A DNA stretch of 64,000 nucleotides from positions 64,001 to 128,000 of IMG/VR virus record IMGVR_UViG_3300042691_053605; one strand, 5' to 3'. How positions within the stretch are numbered: position 1 is the stretch's first letter; each line of letters opens with the position of its first letter. Below the pieces are notes generated by a model. That model made no database searches. It saw only the letters and a list, made by a program, of their open reading frames with translations, and was not told the origin of the DNA. The stretch is from a virus. The position numbers and the translations under genes are program-made. Shown here one piece after another: positions 38,966 through 47,964 of the stretch.

Positions 38966-38967
38966 AC

Positions 38968-38995
38968 AAAAAAAGCCAGACCGTAGTCTGGCTTT
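38968..38995 (-). terminator. Intrinsic terminator with C(UACG)G tetraloop
   Basis: GCCAGAC-TACG-GTCTGGC-T7 on minus strand. Confidence 0.85.
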
Positions 38996-39014
38996 GAGCA
39001 TGGATGAACCTTAA

Positions 39015-40148
39015 TTAGTTCATCGTAATCAAACGTTTGTAATCAACCTGTACCGGAGTTGCCACGTCTTCCAAATCCAATTCCTTTTTGAACAAAAGAT
39101 TAGAGGCCTGAATTTGCAATTTCAAACGATCATCTTGATCCATTAAGATTTCTTGCGGATGGGAAGCCAAGTAGGTCAAGTGATTAAAGAAGTCATAACC
39201 ATTAATTCCACTGTTAGCAGTGGTTTTCCATTTGTTAGACTTTGCCTTAATGTCAGTACCGTAGGCCTGAAAGAACGGCTTGTCATCAAAGTAGAGAGCC
39301 AAAATACGGTCGTACTTTCCGTTGGTATTACGGCTTTCAAAGAAGTTCTTGTAGGAATAGAATTCCGCCAAAGAAACATTATTTTCTTTTAAGTGCTTAA
39401 CCGCGTCAGACAGCAAGATTGGAATATCATTGTTACGCTGAGTAATGGCTTGACGAATTGACGCCTCAATTTTTGAGTTGTTGTATCGTTGTTTACTGAT
39501 GTCAGCTTTTCTTCCGTATTGACGAGCAATATTACCATTAGAGCAAACCAATCTTTCAAAGAACGGAGCATAATTGTAATACAATCCCGAGAAGGTAAAT
39601 TGCTGACCGCTTTTCCACAAGTCCAATCCAGTGCCAAATACATCCAACTCATGATCGTGTTCCAACAGTGTGATATTGAAAGCATCTTTCCTATCGTTGT
39701 AGTTAAAATTCTTTAAGCCATATTCCTTTTCAGATTGGCCTAAGCTATCAGTCAACCAACGGAAGTAGTTTTCGTAATTGACTTGGTCATCAGAACGCTT
39801 TTTGTTTTCGTTAACATCATAAACATTTACAATCTCACGCTCATCGCCTTTTCCAATAATCGCGCCATGCATACGGATTTCTCCTTCGGCCTGCTTTAAT
39901 TTGTAGGAAACCGCGGACCAGTCCTCTGGAGACATTTTGTGTACCATATCGGTAAAGTTCTTCTTTACACGAAGAGATCCTAACACCTTAGTAGCGGCTG
40001 CTCCACGAACTGGAATACCGCGTAGGGTTAAGCCATTGTCAAAATCAAGTTCTTTTAGAGAAAACTCAGTAAAAGCCCTGTCGTTCATAGAAGACAAAAC
40101 CTCTTGAGATTTTTCTTCAATTTGTTCAATAACTAATTTGTTGTTCAT
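39015..40148 (-). CDS. DUF932-like protein
   Basis: ERLVCSNG motif. Confidence 0.6.
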   Translation of the reverse strand: MNNKLVIEQIEEKSQEVLSSMNDRAFTEFSLKELDFDNGLTLRGIPVRGAAATKVLGSLRVKKNFTDMVHKMSPEDWSAVSYKLKQAEGEIRMHGAIIGKGDEREIVNVYDVNENKKRSDDQVNYENYFRWLTDSLGQSEKEYGLKNFNYNDRKDAFNITLLEHDHELDVFGTGLDLWKSGQQFTFSGLYYNYAPFFERLVCSNGNIARQYGRKADISKQRYNNSKIEASIRQAITQRNNDIPILLSDAVKHLKENNVSLAEFYSYKNFFESRNTNGKYDRILALYFDDKPFFQAYGTDIKAKSNKWKTTANSGINGYDFFNHLTYLASHPQEILMDQDDRLKLQIQASNLLFKKELDLEDVATPVQVDYKRLITMN

Positions 40149-40173
40149 TTGATGAATTATTTTATTTAGTGCT

Positions 40174-40199
40174 TATATACCCAAGTGGTTAAGAGTTTT
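40174..40199 (-). promoter_or_regulatory. ECF-like promoter AAAAC-N14-GTATATA
   Basis: One mismatch in -10 element, same spacing as other copies. Confidence 0.5.
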
Positions 40200-40593
40200 T
40201 ACGTTTTACCGAAAAGTTATTATCATCATCCGTATTAACTACATAAAAGTCGTCCCAAGAGTTTCCAATTTTTACGGAGTCCTTGGTGATTTCTGCAATG
40301 TACTGATTGATTAACGGATTTTCTTCATTTTCAAATCTGCCGTCCATTTCAGTTATTACAAATACCGGTTTTTCTATCGCGTCAGATAGTTTTCTCAGCT
40401 TTTGACAGTCCTTTGTAAGATCCAAATCTCCGTGCCAGATTTTTTCAACGGTTCCTCCAAATGCACCAGTTTTAACAACTACATTTGAATTAAAGATCGG
40501 AACATTTTCAGGATACGCACTGTAATAACCGCTTTTTGATCCTGCAATTAAACGGCCAGCGTGGCCAAGTTTTTCTTCAGCAATTTTTTTCAT
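40189..40593 (-). CDS. Hypothetical protein
   Basis: SKSGY...FNSNV...IWHGDLDL...DGRF pattern; 134 aa. Confidence 0.6.
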   Translation of the reverse strand: MKKIAEEKLGHAGRLIAGSKSGYYSAYPENVPIFNSNVVVKTGAFGGTVEKIWHGDLDLTKDCQKLRKLSDAIEKPVFVITEMDGRFENEENPLINQYIAEITKDSVKIGNSWDDFYVVNTDDDNNFSVKRKNS

Positions 40594-40596
40594 GGT

Positions 40597-41121
40597 TTAA
40601 GGTTTTAATTGATATGAATGTACTCTTTCAGCGTATTCATTTACGCAAGGTCTTCCAGTATTGTAACAGCCAAAAACAGTTTTCCAGTCACCGTAACGAT
40701 CATATAGGTATCGTAAAAGTTTCATGCTTGTCTTTGCATTGAATTCAATATTCGTTCGAAGTTCCTCTTTATCTATTTCCCATTTTGGCCACATCATTTT
40801 TGCCGTGGTAGGCATAATTTGCATAGGACCAACTGCACCAACTGATGAGGTTTGAGCAGGATTGTAACTCCAGTGAAACGGGCCGCGATAACCGGTTTCA
40901 ACGTGTGCAACTCCGTACGCGTATGCTTTAGGAATGTTATATTCTTCTGCATATTTGTCAATGTAATAGTACAACTGAATACACGGAGGAGTGTTTTCAT
41001 TAACAGGGACAGCCCCCAAGTCAATCAGATTGATTGACTTGGAAATAGGACTGCTGTAGGCAGCATACGCCAAAACAAATAGAACGGCTGCCAAAACGAT
41101 AAAAATTTCCAGCCTTTTCAT
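40597..41121 (-). CDS. Lytic transglycosylase (SLT) with N-terminal signal/anchor
   Basis: AHVETGY catalytic Glu, GAVGPMQIMPTTA, YNTG. Confidence 0.85.
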   Translation of the reverse strand: MKRLEIFIVLAAVLFVLAYAAYSSPISKSINLIDLGAVPVNENTPPCIQLYYYIDKYAEEYNIPKAYAYGVAHVETGYRGPFHWSYNPAQTSSVGAVGPMQIMPTTAKMMWPKWEIDKEELRTNIEFNAKTSMKLLRYLYDRYGDWKTVFGCYNTGRPCVNEYAERVHSYQLKP

Positions 41122-41122
41122 A

Positions 41123-41443
41123 TTATTTTGAATTGATGTTAGTATACATTTGATTTGCGTATGTGTTAAATACCGCGTCGCCTACCTCTTTGGAATAAAT
41201 TGAATATCTTCCAGTTTCACGGTCAATTAATAAGAATTCACCGCGTTCATTAACCGCAACCGAGGTTTGGCTTAAGGTTTGCGTAACCGGCAATTTGGCA
41301 GTTTTGTTTCTATAATCACGGTAAATACCGTAAGAAAAATGTGCGCCTGCGCCAATTACAAAAGCAGCAGCTATTACAATAACACGGTTAAAACTGTTAA
41401 CTAAGGCTTTTGCCTTTTCTTTCATGGTTTCTTGATTAAACAT
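41123..41443 (-). CDS. Membrane-anchored hypothetical protein
   Basis: One hydrophobic segment; adjacent to SLT gene. Confidence 0.55.
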   Translation of the reverse strand: MFNQETMKEKAKALVNSFNRVIVIAAAFVIGAGAHFSYGIYRDYRNKTAKLPVTQTLSQTSVAVNERGEFLLIDRETGRYSIYSKEVGDAVFNTYANQMYTNINSK

Positions 41444-41462
41444 AATATGTGGTTTTAAGGGT

Positions 41463-41828
41463 TTACTTTTGAGTTGAACGTTTACGTGCTTCTACTAACA
41501 AATCGGAAATGTTGGCAGTCATTACCTCATGGCCGCCAAAAATAATATCCTGATAGTCCGCTTCGTAAACAGCCTGGAACTCAGGATACTTTTCGTAAAT
41601 CTGTTTAAGATCCAGCAATTGATGATCCACTTGTTCAAAATCTCCGTATTCCGTAAGAACATGAAACATTCCGGTCCAGCCCGATGACATAATTTTTACA
41701 GCAATTGGTTCCTCATCAGAAGGACACAAATTATAGCAAATTTGACTGCGGCCTTTTTCCAATGGAATATCCATTACAATGGATTCAGAAGTTCCATCCT
41801 GGTGTCTAGTTGTTTGGGTTACTTTCAT
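41463..41828 (-). CDS. Hypothetical protein
   Basis: Likely start MKVTQT. Confidence 0.5.
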   Translation of the reverse strand: MKVTQTTRHQDGTSESIVMDIPLEKGRSQICYNLCPSDEEPIAVKIMSSGWTGMFHVLTEYGDFEQVDHQLLDLKQIYEKYPEFQAVYEADYQDIIFGGHEVMTANISDLLVEARKRSTQK

Positions 41829-41832
41829 AATT

Positions 41833-42099
41833 TTACTTTGTTTCAATAATTGTATAAGTTCCTTCGATAACTCCCCAGCTTGATTTTTCAGAAAAGTTAT
41901 ATGTATCGTATGACGTATCGGCGGTGGTACGAGTTTTAGTAAGAACCCAGAGTTCATCGTTTTTCCATGTAACATTAACCAACTTTTGGTCAGATTGCAG
42001 ATTCAAAACAGCGGTTCCACCAAAGTTTTTTACCCTTGTGTTATCGGTGCAGGAACTGAAAGCAGCGAGTACCAAGGCACTTAAGAATACTTTTTTCAT
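41833..42099 (-). CDS. Putative lipoprotein
   Basis: MKKVFLSALVLAAFSSC lipobox; KLVNVTWK...LWVLT motif. Confidence 0.65.
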   Translation of the reverse strand: MKKVFLSALVLAAFSSCTDNTRVKNFGGTAVLNLQSDQKLVNVTWKNDELWVLTKTRTTADTSYDTYNFSEKSSWGVIEGTYTIIETK

Positions 42100-42136
42100 A
42101 TTGTTTATTATTAATTTGATAAGATAAAAATAATAC

Positions 42137-42164
42137 AAAAAACCCAAAGAAAAAAATCTTTGGG
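42137..42164 (-). terminator. Intrinsic terminator
   Basis: CCCAAAGA/TCTTTGGG stem plus T6 after GT4 stop. Confidence 0.75.
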
Positions 42165-42174
42165 CAATTAGTTA

Positions 42175-43323
42175 TTAACAATTTTTACAGCATTCCGACG
42201 GATACTTTCGAACCATCCAGTCGAGCTCTGTTCTTTCCGGATATTCCTCATACCAGCCTTTTGGCTGTTTTGCCAAGGTTACTGTATGAAAAAACTCCTC
42301 GTACATTGGTGCAATCGCATCAAGAGAATAGTTATTCATTGCCCATTCACGGCATGCTTTTGGACTAATCTTATCAATGTTTTTGGTAGCCCAAACAAAC
42401 TGTTCCATAGTACGGCAACGATAACCTGTAACGCCATGAAGATTATTTTCTGCAAATGTTGCCCAGTCCGTTGAAATTACCGGGGTTCCTGAGAAAAACG
42501 CTTCAATCATTACACCACCAAAAGGCTCAGGATAATATGTTGGAACAAAAACCGCTTTGGCACCAGCCATAAGTTTTTTTCTCTTTTCAACATCAGCGTA
42601 TCCTGCAAGTTCCACATGATCGGGTTTTTTGCCAAAAGTTTTTTCAAAATCTCCTTGGCCTGCAATTACCAATTTAACGCCGGCTCTTTCTGTTGCTTGA
42701 ATTGCAATATCAATTCCTTTAACTGTGACCAGTCTTCCGATATAGAGAAAGTAATCATCCTTTTCTTCTCGGTATTCAAAATCTTCTGGCTCAAAATAGT
42801 TTGGAATAACTGCATCATACCAACCAGGGTTACCCCATTTCATTCGTTCATACGCAATACCTAAAACGCTATATGATTCAAAAACTCTGTAAGGAGCAAA
42901 TAGCCCTGAATGATAACCAATTCCAGGTTCAACTGGAATTAGATCAGGATGCGCGTTTGCAACAGGCTGATGACCATAACCCCAGAAGCAGAGGAGAAAA
43001 TCTCCTGGCTGCTTTCTGGAAGTGATTTCATTTATTGCATTTTGATTAAATGTGGTTTGAGCCAAATCAGAAACATTATGGACAAATTGATTGCTTTTCC
43101 AATCGTATTCACCGTATGTTTCTATTAACACTTTGTCATTTGTAACCGGTATCAATTCATCGCAAATTGCATCAGAACGATCGTGTGCATAGAGATAAAT
43201 TGTGTGTCCTCGCTCTTTCATCATCTTACAGAATTTTACCACCTTCTGAGTATACGCACAAGATACGTATTCTTTAGATGCTACTGTATGTGCAAGAGCG
43301 AGAACGTGAAACCGGTACTTCAT
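42175..43323 (-). CDS. Glycosyltransferase family 4 (GT-B)
   Basis: LYIGRL...KG, EPFGGVMIEA, GTPVI motifs. Confidence 0.85.
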   Translation of the reverse strand: MKYRFHVLALAHTVASKEYVSCAYTQKVVKFCKMMKERGHTIYLYAHDRSDAICDELIPVTNDKVLIETYGEYDWKSNQFVHNVSDLAQTTFNQNAINEITSRKQPGDFLLCFWGYGHQPVANAHPDLIPVEPGIGYHSGLFAPYRVFESYSVLGIAYERMKWGNPGWYDAVIPNYFEPEDFEYREEKDDYFLYIGRLVTVKGIDIAIQATERAGVKLVIAGQGDFEKTFGKKPDHVELAGYADVEKRKKLMAGAKAVFVPTYYPEPFGGVMIEAFFSGTPVISTDWATFAENNLHGVTGYRCRTMEQFVWATKNIDKISPKACREWAMNNYSLDAIAPMYEEFFHTVTLAKQPKGWYEEYPERTELDWMVRKYPSECCKNC

Positions 43324-43763
43324 TATGCTTCAGTTGTAGGAGTTGCTGTTGTAGCCGCGGTTGTAGTTTTCTTAGGCGCGCGTGGTTTACGTGGCTTATT
43401 TGCCTTTTTTGCAGTTTCGCCAGCAGGCTTATCTGCCTTTGGCTTAGCCGCCTTAGGAGTTTTAGCAGGTTTTGCTGCCGACATTTTTGCAGTTTCATCA
43501 ACCAATTTTTCTGGACGATACACATAACTTAAATGGTAAAAGTCAGAATTTCTCAAGTAAATTGGAAACACTTGATCTGCCAAATTTCCGCCAGTCAAAA
43601 TAGCCCATGCCATTTTGAATCTTTGGCCAAAAGTCATATTTTGGCTTTCCATGTCAACCGCGCTTACTTTTGTTAAGCTGGTTTTCATATCTTTATCGAA
43701 TGATAAAGTATACGATTTGTTTGTTGCCTTCATTCCGAAGGTCTTGTTTGGATCAATACTCAT
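43323..43763 (-). CDS. Hypothetical protein with K/A/P-rich histone H1-like tail
   Basis: AAKPAKTPKAAKPKADKP...KPRKPRAPKK. Confidence 0.55.
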   Translation of the reverse strand: MSIDPNKTFGMKATNKSYTLSFDKDMKTSLTKVSAVDMESQNMTFGQRFKMAWAILTGGNLADQVFPIYLRNSDFYHLSYVYRPEKLVDETAKMSAAKPAKTPKAAKPKADKPAGETAKKANKPRKPRAPKKTTTAATTATPTTEA

Positions 43764-44035
43764 ATATTTGATTTTTGTTTGTTGATTTCTTCGTATTCGT
43801 CTAGCGTGTACCATCTCACTTCTTGCGCTACCGGATCAAAATTTTCTCCTTCTGGATAGGCAACATAGATTTGGCCTGCTTTGTCTTTTCCAATTGCTGA
43901 TAACCCACAACCTTCACAGAGTACAACTTCATAGGTATCAAGTTGTAACTCTTCAGAAATGCGATAAACATCAATATCCGCTGTTAGCTGCGTGCCAAAA
44001 AGATGCGCGGAGCACTTATTACAAAAGTCTGCCAT
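43760..44035 (-). CDS. Small Zn-binding-type protein
   Basis: FCNKC and CEGCG motifs. Confidence 0.55.
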   Translation of the reverse strand: MADFCNKCSAHLFGTQLTADIDVYRISEELQLDTYEVVLCEGCGLSAIGKDKAGQIYVAYPEGENFDPVAQEVRWYTLDEYEEINKQKSNI

Positions 44036-44037
44036 AA

Positions 44038-44256
44038 TTATAGAAAATCGTCTTGAAAATGTTCGATAGAATAAATTTTGTGCTTGGAAATATCATTATA
44101 GCAATCCCAGGTTCCGCGAATTGTTAAATGCATAATGTTATCGCCTTCGGAAACGGTTTGTATCAGTGAGCATCCACTGTATTTACTAACTGTGCCTGCA
44201 ATAATTGCCACCTCATTAAGATGAGCAGAGACATAAAATTCAATAATTTCTTTCAT
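44038..44256 (-). CDS. Hypothetical protein
   Basis: Directly downstream of promoter motif. Confidence 0.5.
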   Translation of the reverse strand: MKEIIEFYVSAHLNEVAIIAGTVSKYSGCSLIQTVSEGDNIMHLTIRGTWDCYNDISKHKIYSIEHFQDDFL

Positions 44257-44262
44257 ATGTTT

Positions 44263-44288
44263 TATATTCAGAAAGAGAAAAAAGTTTT
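44263..44288 (-). promoter_or_regulatory. ECF-like promoter AAAAC-N14-GAATATA
   Basis: One of 7 equally spaced copies. Confidence 0.65.
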
Positions 44289-44499
44289 AGTTAGGAGTTT
44301 TCTCATCGATTATTTGTTGCATTACGCCAAAGGTCATTGATCGGGACTCCAAGTCCTCAATAATTACTTTAATTGCATAAAACCTCTCAAGCGGAGGAAG
44401 ATCTTTAATGGCCTCTGCTATTAAAACAGAGATTTCCGAAATTTTTGTATTGAGTTCATCTGTGTATTCGACCTCAAGATTCTTGTTGACTGTTACCAT
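44287..44499 (-). CDS. Hypothetical protein
   Basis: 70-aa ORF in gene run. Confidence 0.45.
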   Translation of the reverse strand: MVTVNKNLEVEYTDELNTKISEISVLIAEAIKDLPPLERFYAIKVIIEDLESRSMTFGVMQQIIDEKTPN

Positions 44500-44917
44500 T
44501 TGTATTATTTTGTATATCTATTTGTGGTATGAGAAGGGTTATTCTGTGCTTTCCTTTTTCTCCGATTGGAATAGGATTTCCTTCCTCATCAATATGTACA
44601 AATTTAATGTGGGTTCTCAAGACAATAATTTGTCTTCCTGTGTACACATTATGGGCTCGGGCTTCCATATACAGAGTTATTGAGGAATTACCTACCTCAG
44701 AAGGACAACCGTAAATTTTTACCAGCTGTCCTTCCCGAGCAGGTTTTTCAAAATAACATTTGTCAATACTGACAGTTACCATTCTGGGAGAATCGCATAA
44801 TTGCATTGCGTATCCCGCGGCAGCGGCATCAATCCATGCCAAAAGCTTGCCGCCAAAAAGATTTCCGTGAAAGCCTAAATCGCTTTTCTTAATTGGGTGT
44901 GTGTTTAGTAATTCCAT
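44474..44917 (-). CDS. Acyl-CoA thioesterase (hotdog fold)
   Basis: DLGFHGNLFGGKLLAWID, MVTVSID, VGNSS, FVHIDEEG.P. Confidence 0.85.
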   Translation of the reverse strand: MELLNTHPIKKSDLGFHGNLFGGKLLAWIDAAAAGYAMQLCDSPRMVTVSIDKCYFEKPAREGQLVKIYGCPSEVGNSSITLYMEARAHNVYTGRQIIVLRTHIKFVHIDEEGNPIPIGEKGKHRITLLIPQIDIQNNTNGNSQQES

Positions 44918-45594
44918 TACCATTCTGCTCCTTTATGTGAATCTACATAAGCAATTTCCTTTTTGCTCATAATTTCAGAAATTTCGTCAAAGGAGTACGG
45001 ACGAAATTCTGGGTGTGTATCTACTCCTACATCCATTGTTTTCCCGTTTGCACAGCGAGTTGGATGCGTTCCGCTTGCTAAGGCGTACAAATCATCATAT
45101 CTCTTTGTGTTTAGGAGTTCCATAATTACGTGTGCAGAAACCGATGGCTCTAGTGTTCCGTGACTGTGTCCGTGTAACATCCAGGATCCTTCATGGGATC
45201 TATTCCATACCCGATGAGCATAATGGCTCATAATAATTTTTTGGCCATTAATAGTTGCCTCCCGGTAAAAATCTACAGATGAAAACAGCGACTGCAATTC
45301 TCCATCATTGCGGATAATCCGTTCGTCATGATTTCCGTAAATCAAATGAATGTTTTGGCAATTAATGCGGGAACGAAATTCACGGTAGTACTTTATGTCG
45401 TTAAAACAGTAGTCGCCTAATAGGAAGAGCACGTCATTTGTATCTACTGTGCTATTGATATTATTTGCCAAGGCGTCATCCATGTCCTGTAAAAGTTCAA
45501 AGTCTCGACATCGGCTTTTATCCGTCCAGCTTGAACTGCCGCGGCAGATATTTTTATGATGATAGTGTGTATCACTAGTAAAGAAAACATTCAT
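44917..45594 (-). CDS. Calcineurin-like metallophosphoesterase
   Basis: FTSDTH, LGD, GNHD, HGHSH, DVGVD. Confidence 0.9.
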   Translation of the reverse strand: MNVFFTSDTHYHHKNICRGSSSWTDKSRCRDFELLQDMDDALANNINSTVDTNDVLFLLGDYCFNDIKYYREFRSRINCQNIHLIYGNHDERIIRNDGELQSLFSSVDFYREATINGQKIIMSHYAHRVWNRSHEGSWMLHGHSHGTLEPSVSAHVIMELLNTKRYDDLYALASGTHPTRCANGKTMDVGVDTHPEFRPYSFDEISEIMSKKEIAYVDSHKGAEW

Positions 45595-45598
45595 AAGA

Positions 45599-45883
45599 TT
45601 AAATTTTTGCGGATTCGTGTAACGGATCTTCTACTTGCTCAAGAACCCATCCCGCTAATTGGTAGTTTCCTATCAGCCGTGGAACATCTTTTGCAATAAA
45701 GATACTTCTATTTTTTACCTTTGAGGTCTTACTCTCAAGCGTGTACTCATAAATAAACCAAGGATCTTCCGGATCTTCCGTAAATGTCATAACTGATTTA
45801 GCACGCGGCTTTTTCATTTTGTATATGATTCTGCCTGTTACCACGGTTGACGTAGGATCCGGTTCACGTTGCCATTTACTCAT
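45599..45883 (-). CDS. Hypothetical protein
   Basis: ORF in tightly packed run. Confidence 0.5.
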   Translation of the reverse strand: MSKWQREPDPTSTVVTGRIIYKMKKPRAKSVMTFTEDPEDPWFIYEYTLESKTSKVKNRSIFIAKDVPRLIGNYQLAGWVLEQVEDPLHESAKI

Positions 45884-46070
45884 TGTCCGCTATTTTGATG
45901 TAGTTATCATAACTTAACTGTACGCCAACTAAATGGTATTCCTTTGGCGTATTGAGATCCAAGTGCCAATGGCGACGAATAATCGTGCCATTGGTCTCTT
46001 CATCAATTCCCTGAATAAACTGATAAAAGCTATCCAGGACTTTCTTTTCAACATATACAGTTATTGTCAT
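45876..46070 (-). CDS. Hypothetical protein
   Basis: Overlap-coupled ORF. Confidence 0.45.
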   Translation of the reverse strand: MTITVYVEKKVLDSFYQFIQGIDEETNGTIIRRHWHLDLNTPKEYHLVGVQLSYDNYIKIADNE

Positions 46071-46519
46071 ACCTTATCGGCCATTTGTGCGTATACTACA
46101 GGTTCTTGCAATTTTTGAATAGTTTGGTTAACCATTCTTTCGTAAGCAGTGCCTTCCCAGGTAGCTCCAATTTCTAGTGAAGATCTACGAAATACCGGAT
46201 AAATTACTGCTTCATTTTTAAGTGGTGAAATTTCTTGCACCTTAAATACCGAAAGAGCATATCCGTTTTTATCCTCAAACGCCTTTGAAATAAAATCCCC
46301 TGGAGCAATAGGTACTAGCGCCTGTTTTTCCGAATCTTTCTTCATATACACCGCAGACTTATGCGTAGTATCAGAATTAAAAACTACGGTTGCTCTGCGC
46401 AAGTCTGAAAAGTCAGTTGAACTTTCCCATAAACAAGGAACACCAGTACGAGTTCTTGCAATTTTGATTGTTTTGGTGGCCACTCCTTCTGGTGCCATTT
46501 CCATCTTTGTTGTTTCCAT
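46067..46519 (-). CDS. Hypothetical protein
   Basis: RTRTGVPCLWE motif, 150 aa. Confidence 0.55.
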   Translation of the reverse strand: METTKMEMAPEGVATKTIKIARTRTGVPCLWESSTDFSDLRRATVVFNSDTTHKSAVYMKKDSEKQALVPIAPGDFISKAFEDKNGYALSVFKVQEISPLKNEAVIYPVFRRSSLEIGATWEGTAYERMVNQTIQKLQEPVVYAQMADKV

Positions 46520-46520
46520 C

Positions 46521-47426
46521 TTATTGAATTAAAAATATATGTGATAAAGCATGTTTACATTTTTCGTGTGTGATTTCACCGGAAGCCACGATTTCTTCCA
46601 TTTCTTTTTGAAATTCTAGAGTTTCTTTTGTTAACTCGTGTTTGTCGCTTTTAATCTTAAATAGCGGTGATTTTGCGTAAAAGAAAATTGGTACATTATT
46701 TTGTGAACGTTCTTCTAGCATTTTATCGCCAAGTTCAAAATGTCTTTCATAATAATGAATGTTATCTGCGCAATGGTAGTACTTTCCAAGTTTAAGGTCT
46801 GGATAGTGTTCGCGTAAATTATGCCACATGGTTTGCATTACTGCGGCAAAAAACGGAACATCATAGCTGTAACCGTAAAACAAATCATTGGAACGCATTT
46901 GAACTTTCATATGTAGTTCGTCTTGGCGAATCCAAAAATTAAGATAAAAAGTGCATACAAAATCCTTGTTACCTTCATACTGAAACTCAGGACGATTAAC
47001 AAAAGAGATTGCCTGACGGCTTTCTTTATCTTTTACCAAGGAATCGTATGCCCAAATTAGCTGTTTGCTGTAGAACAAGAGATTTCCATAATTGGAATTG
47101 ATATTGCCATCCTCGTCTGCAATACGGTTCCAAAAAGAGGAAAAGTTCTTGATGTACTCAATGTTCCTATCGCCATTTAGATACCAGTACATTTCACCTG
47201 CAAAGTATTTCCAATTAAACGGACGTGATTGGAAATCCGGAATTGGAAACTGCGGAGAAATTGGAATAGTTTCAAGGACAAGCTCGCGGACTTTTTGTCC
47301 TCGAGGCGCGGTTTCTAGCCCGCTTTCTTTTAATTTGTTTAGGGTATCAAGAAACGCATCAGAGGCAGACGAAACTCCTGATTTGATTAGATAACTCTTC
47401 AAAACTTCGATATTGGTCACCTTCAT
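46521..47426 (-). CDS. dCMP hydroxymethylase-like enzyme (thymidylate synthase fold, T4 gp42-like)
   Basis: INSNYG, SRQA, DFVCT, MRSNDLFYGYSYD: Asp rather than Asn at the pyrimidine-specificity position. Confidence 0.75.
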   Translation of the reverse strand: MKVTNIEVLKSYLIKSGVSSASDAFLDTLNKLKESGLETAPRGQKVRELVLETIPISPQFPIPDFQSRPFNWKYFAGEMYWYLNGDRNIEYIKNFSSFWNRIADEDGNINSNYGNLLFYSKQLIWAYDSLVKDKESRQAISFVNRPEFQYEGNKDFVCTFYLNFWIRQDELHMKVQMRSNDLFYGYSYDVPFFAAVMQTMWHNLREHYPDLKLGKYYHCADNIHYYERHFELGDKMLEERSQNNVPIFFYAKSPLFKIKSDKHELTKETLEFQKEMEEIVASGEITHEKCKHALSHIFLIQ

Positions 47427-47916
47427 TTACTTTAATTATTAGTTTGTTCTTTATTTTGCTGTTTTCAACTGCTCGGTCAAACGCTTCAATCTCTGATCTT
47501 TTCTTTTCTACATCAGCAGAATACGAATTGCCATCATCCTGTGTTACAATAAACTCAGGATCTGCTTTTAGGTATATGAGAAATACCTCATTATCATGGT
47601 CAATACCAAATTTTGGTTCCATACGGAGAACCCATTCCTGCGGATCACTGTTTCGATAGAGCGAACCCCAGACAAGTTCGCCAAGGTGAGCACGATTCCA
47701 AAAGAGTACCTGATTAGGCATTCTTTCCCGTAAAAAAATGTAATGGGAAAACTCTTCAAAGAAAGACTGTTTTTGATAACTGGTCTTTTCTTCATTGGTA
47801 TCGCCTTTTGGAAAGGACCAATGGCGAACGGAATAATTGCGAAGGTTTTTAGTTAGTTCCGCAATATGACTGTCTTTGCCACAGCGGTCCAGGCCTTCAA
47901 AAATGATTAACTTCAT
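47359..47916 (-). CDS. dNMP (thymidylate-like) kinase
   Basis: IIFEGLDRCGKDS P-loop, WNRAH, LIYLKAD. Confidence 0.8.
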   Translation of the reverse strand: MKLIIFEGLDRCGKDSHIAELTKNLRNYSVRHWSFPKGDTNEEKTSYQKQSFFEEFSHYIFLRERMPNQVLFWNRAHLGELVWGSLYRNSDPQEWVLRMEPKFGIDHDNEVFLIYLKADPEFIVTQDDGNSYSADVEKKRSEIEAFDRAVENSKIKNKLIIKVNEGDQYRSFEELSNQIRSFVCL

Positions 47917-47935
47917 AAAATAATTTGTTTATGAT

Positions 47936-47961
47936 TATATTCTCAGTTTACAAAAGGTTTT
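47936..47961 (-). promoter_or_regulatory. ECF-like promoter AAAAC-N14-GAATATA
   Basis: Upstream of kinase/hydroxymethylase pair. Confidence 0.65.
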
Positions 47962-47964
47962 AGA

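Noticed and set aside
46521-47426. Ordinary thymidylate synthase (thyA)
   Set aside because: DFVCT and a specificity-site Asp match dCMP hydroxymethylase-type enzymes, not PCH/PFN ThyA; hydroxylase activity cannot be excluded
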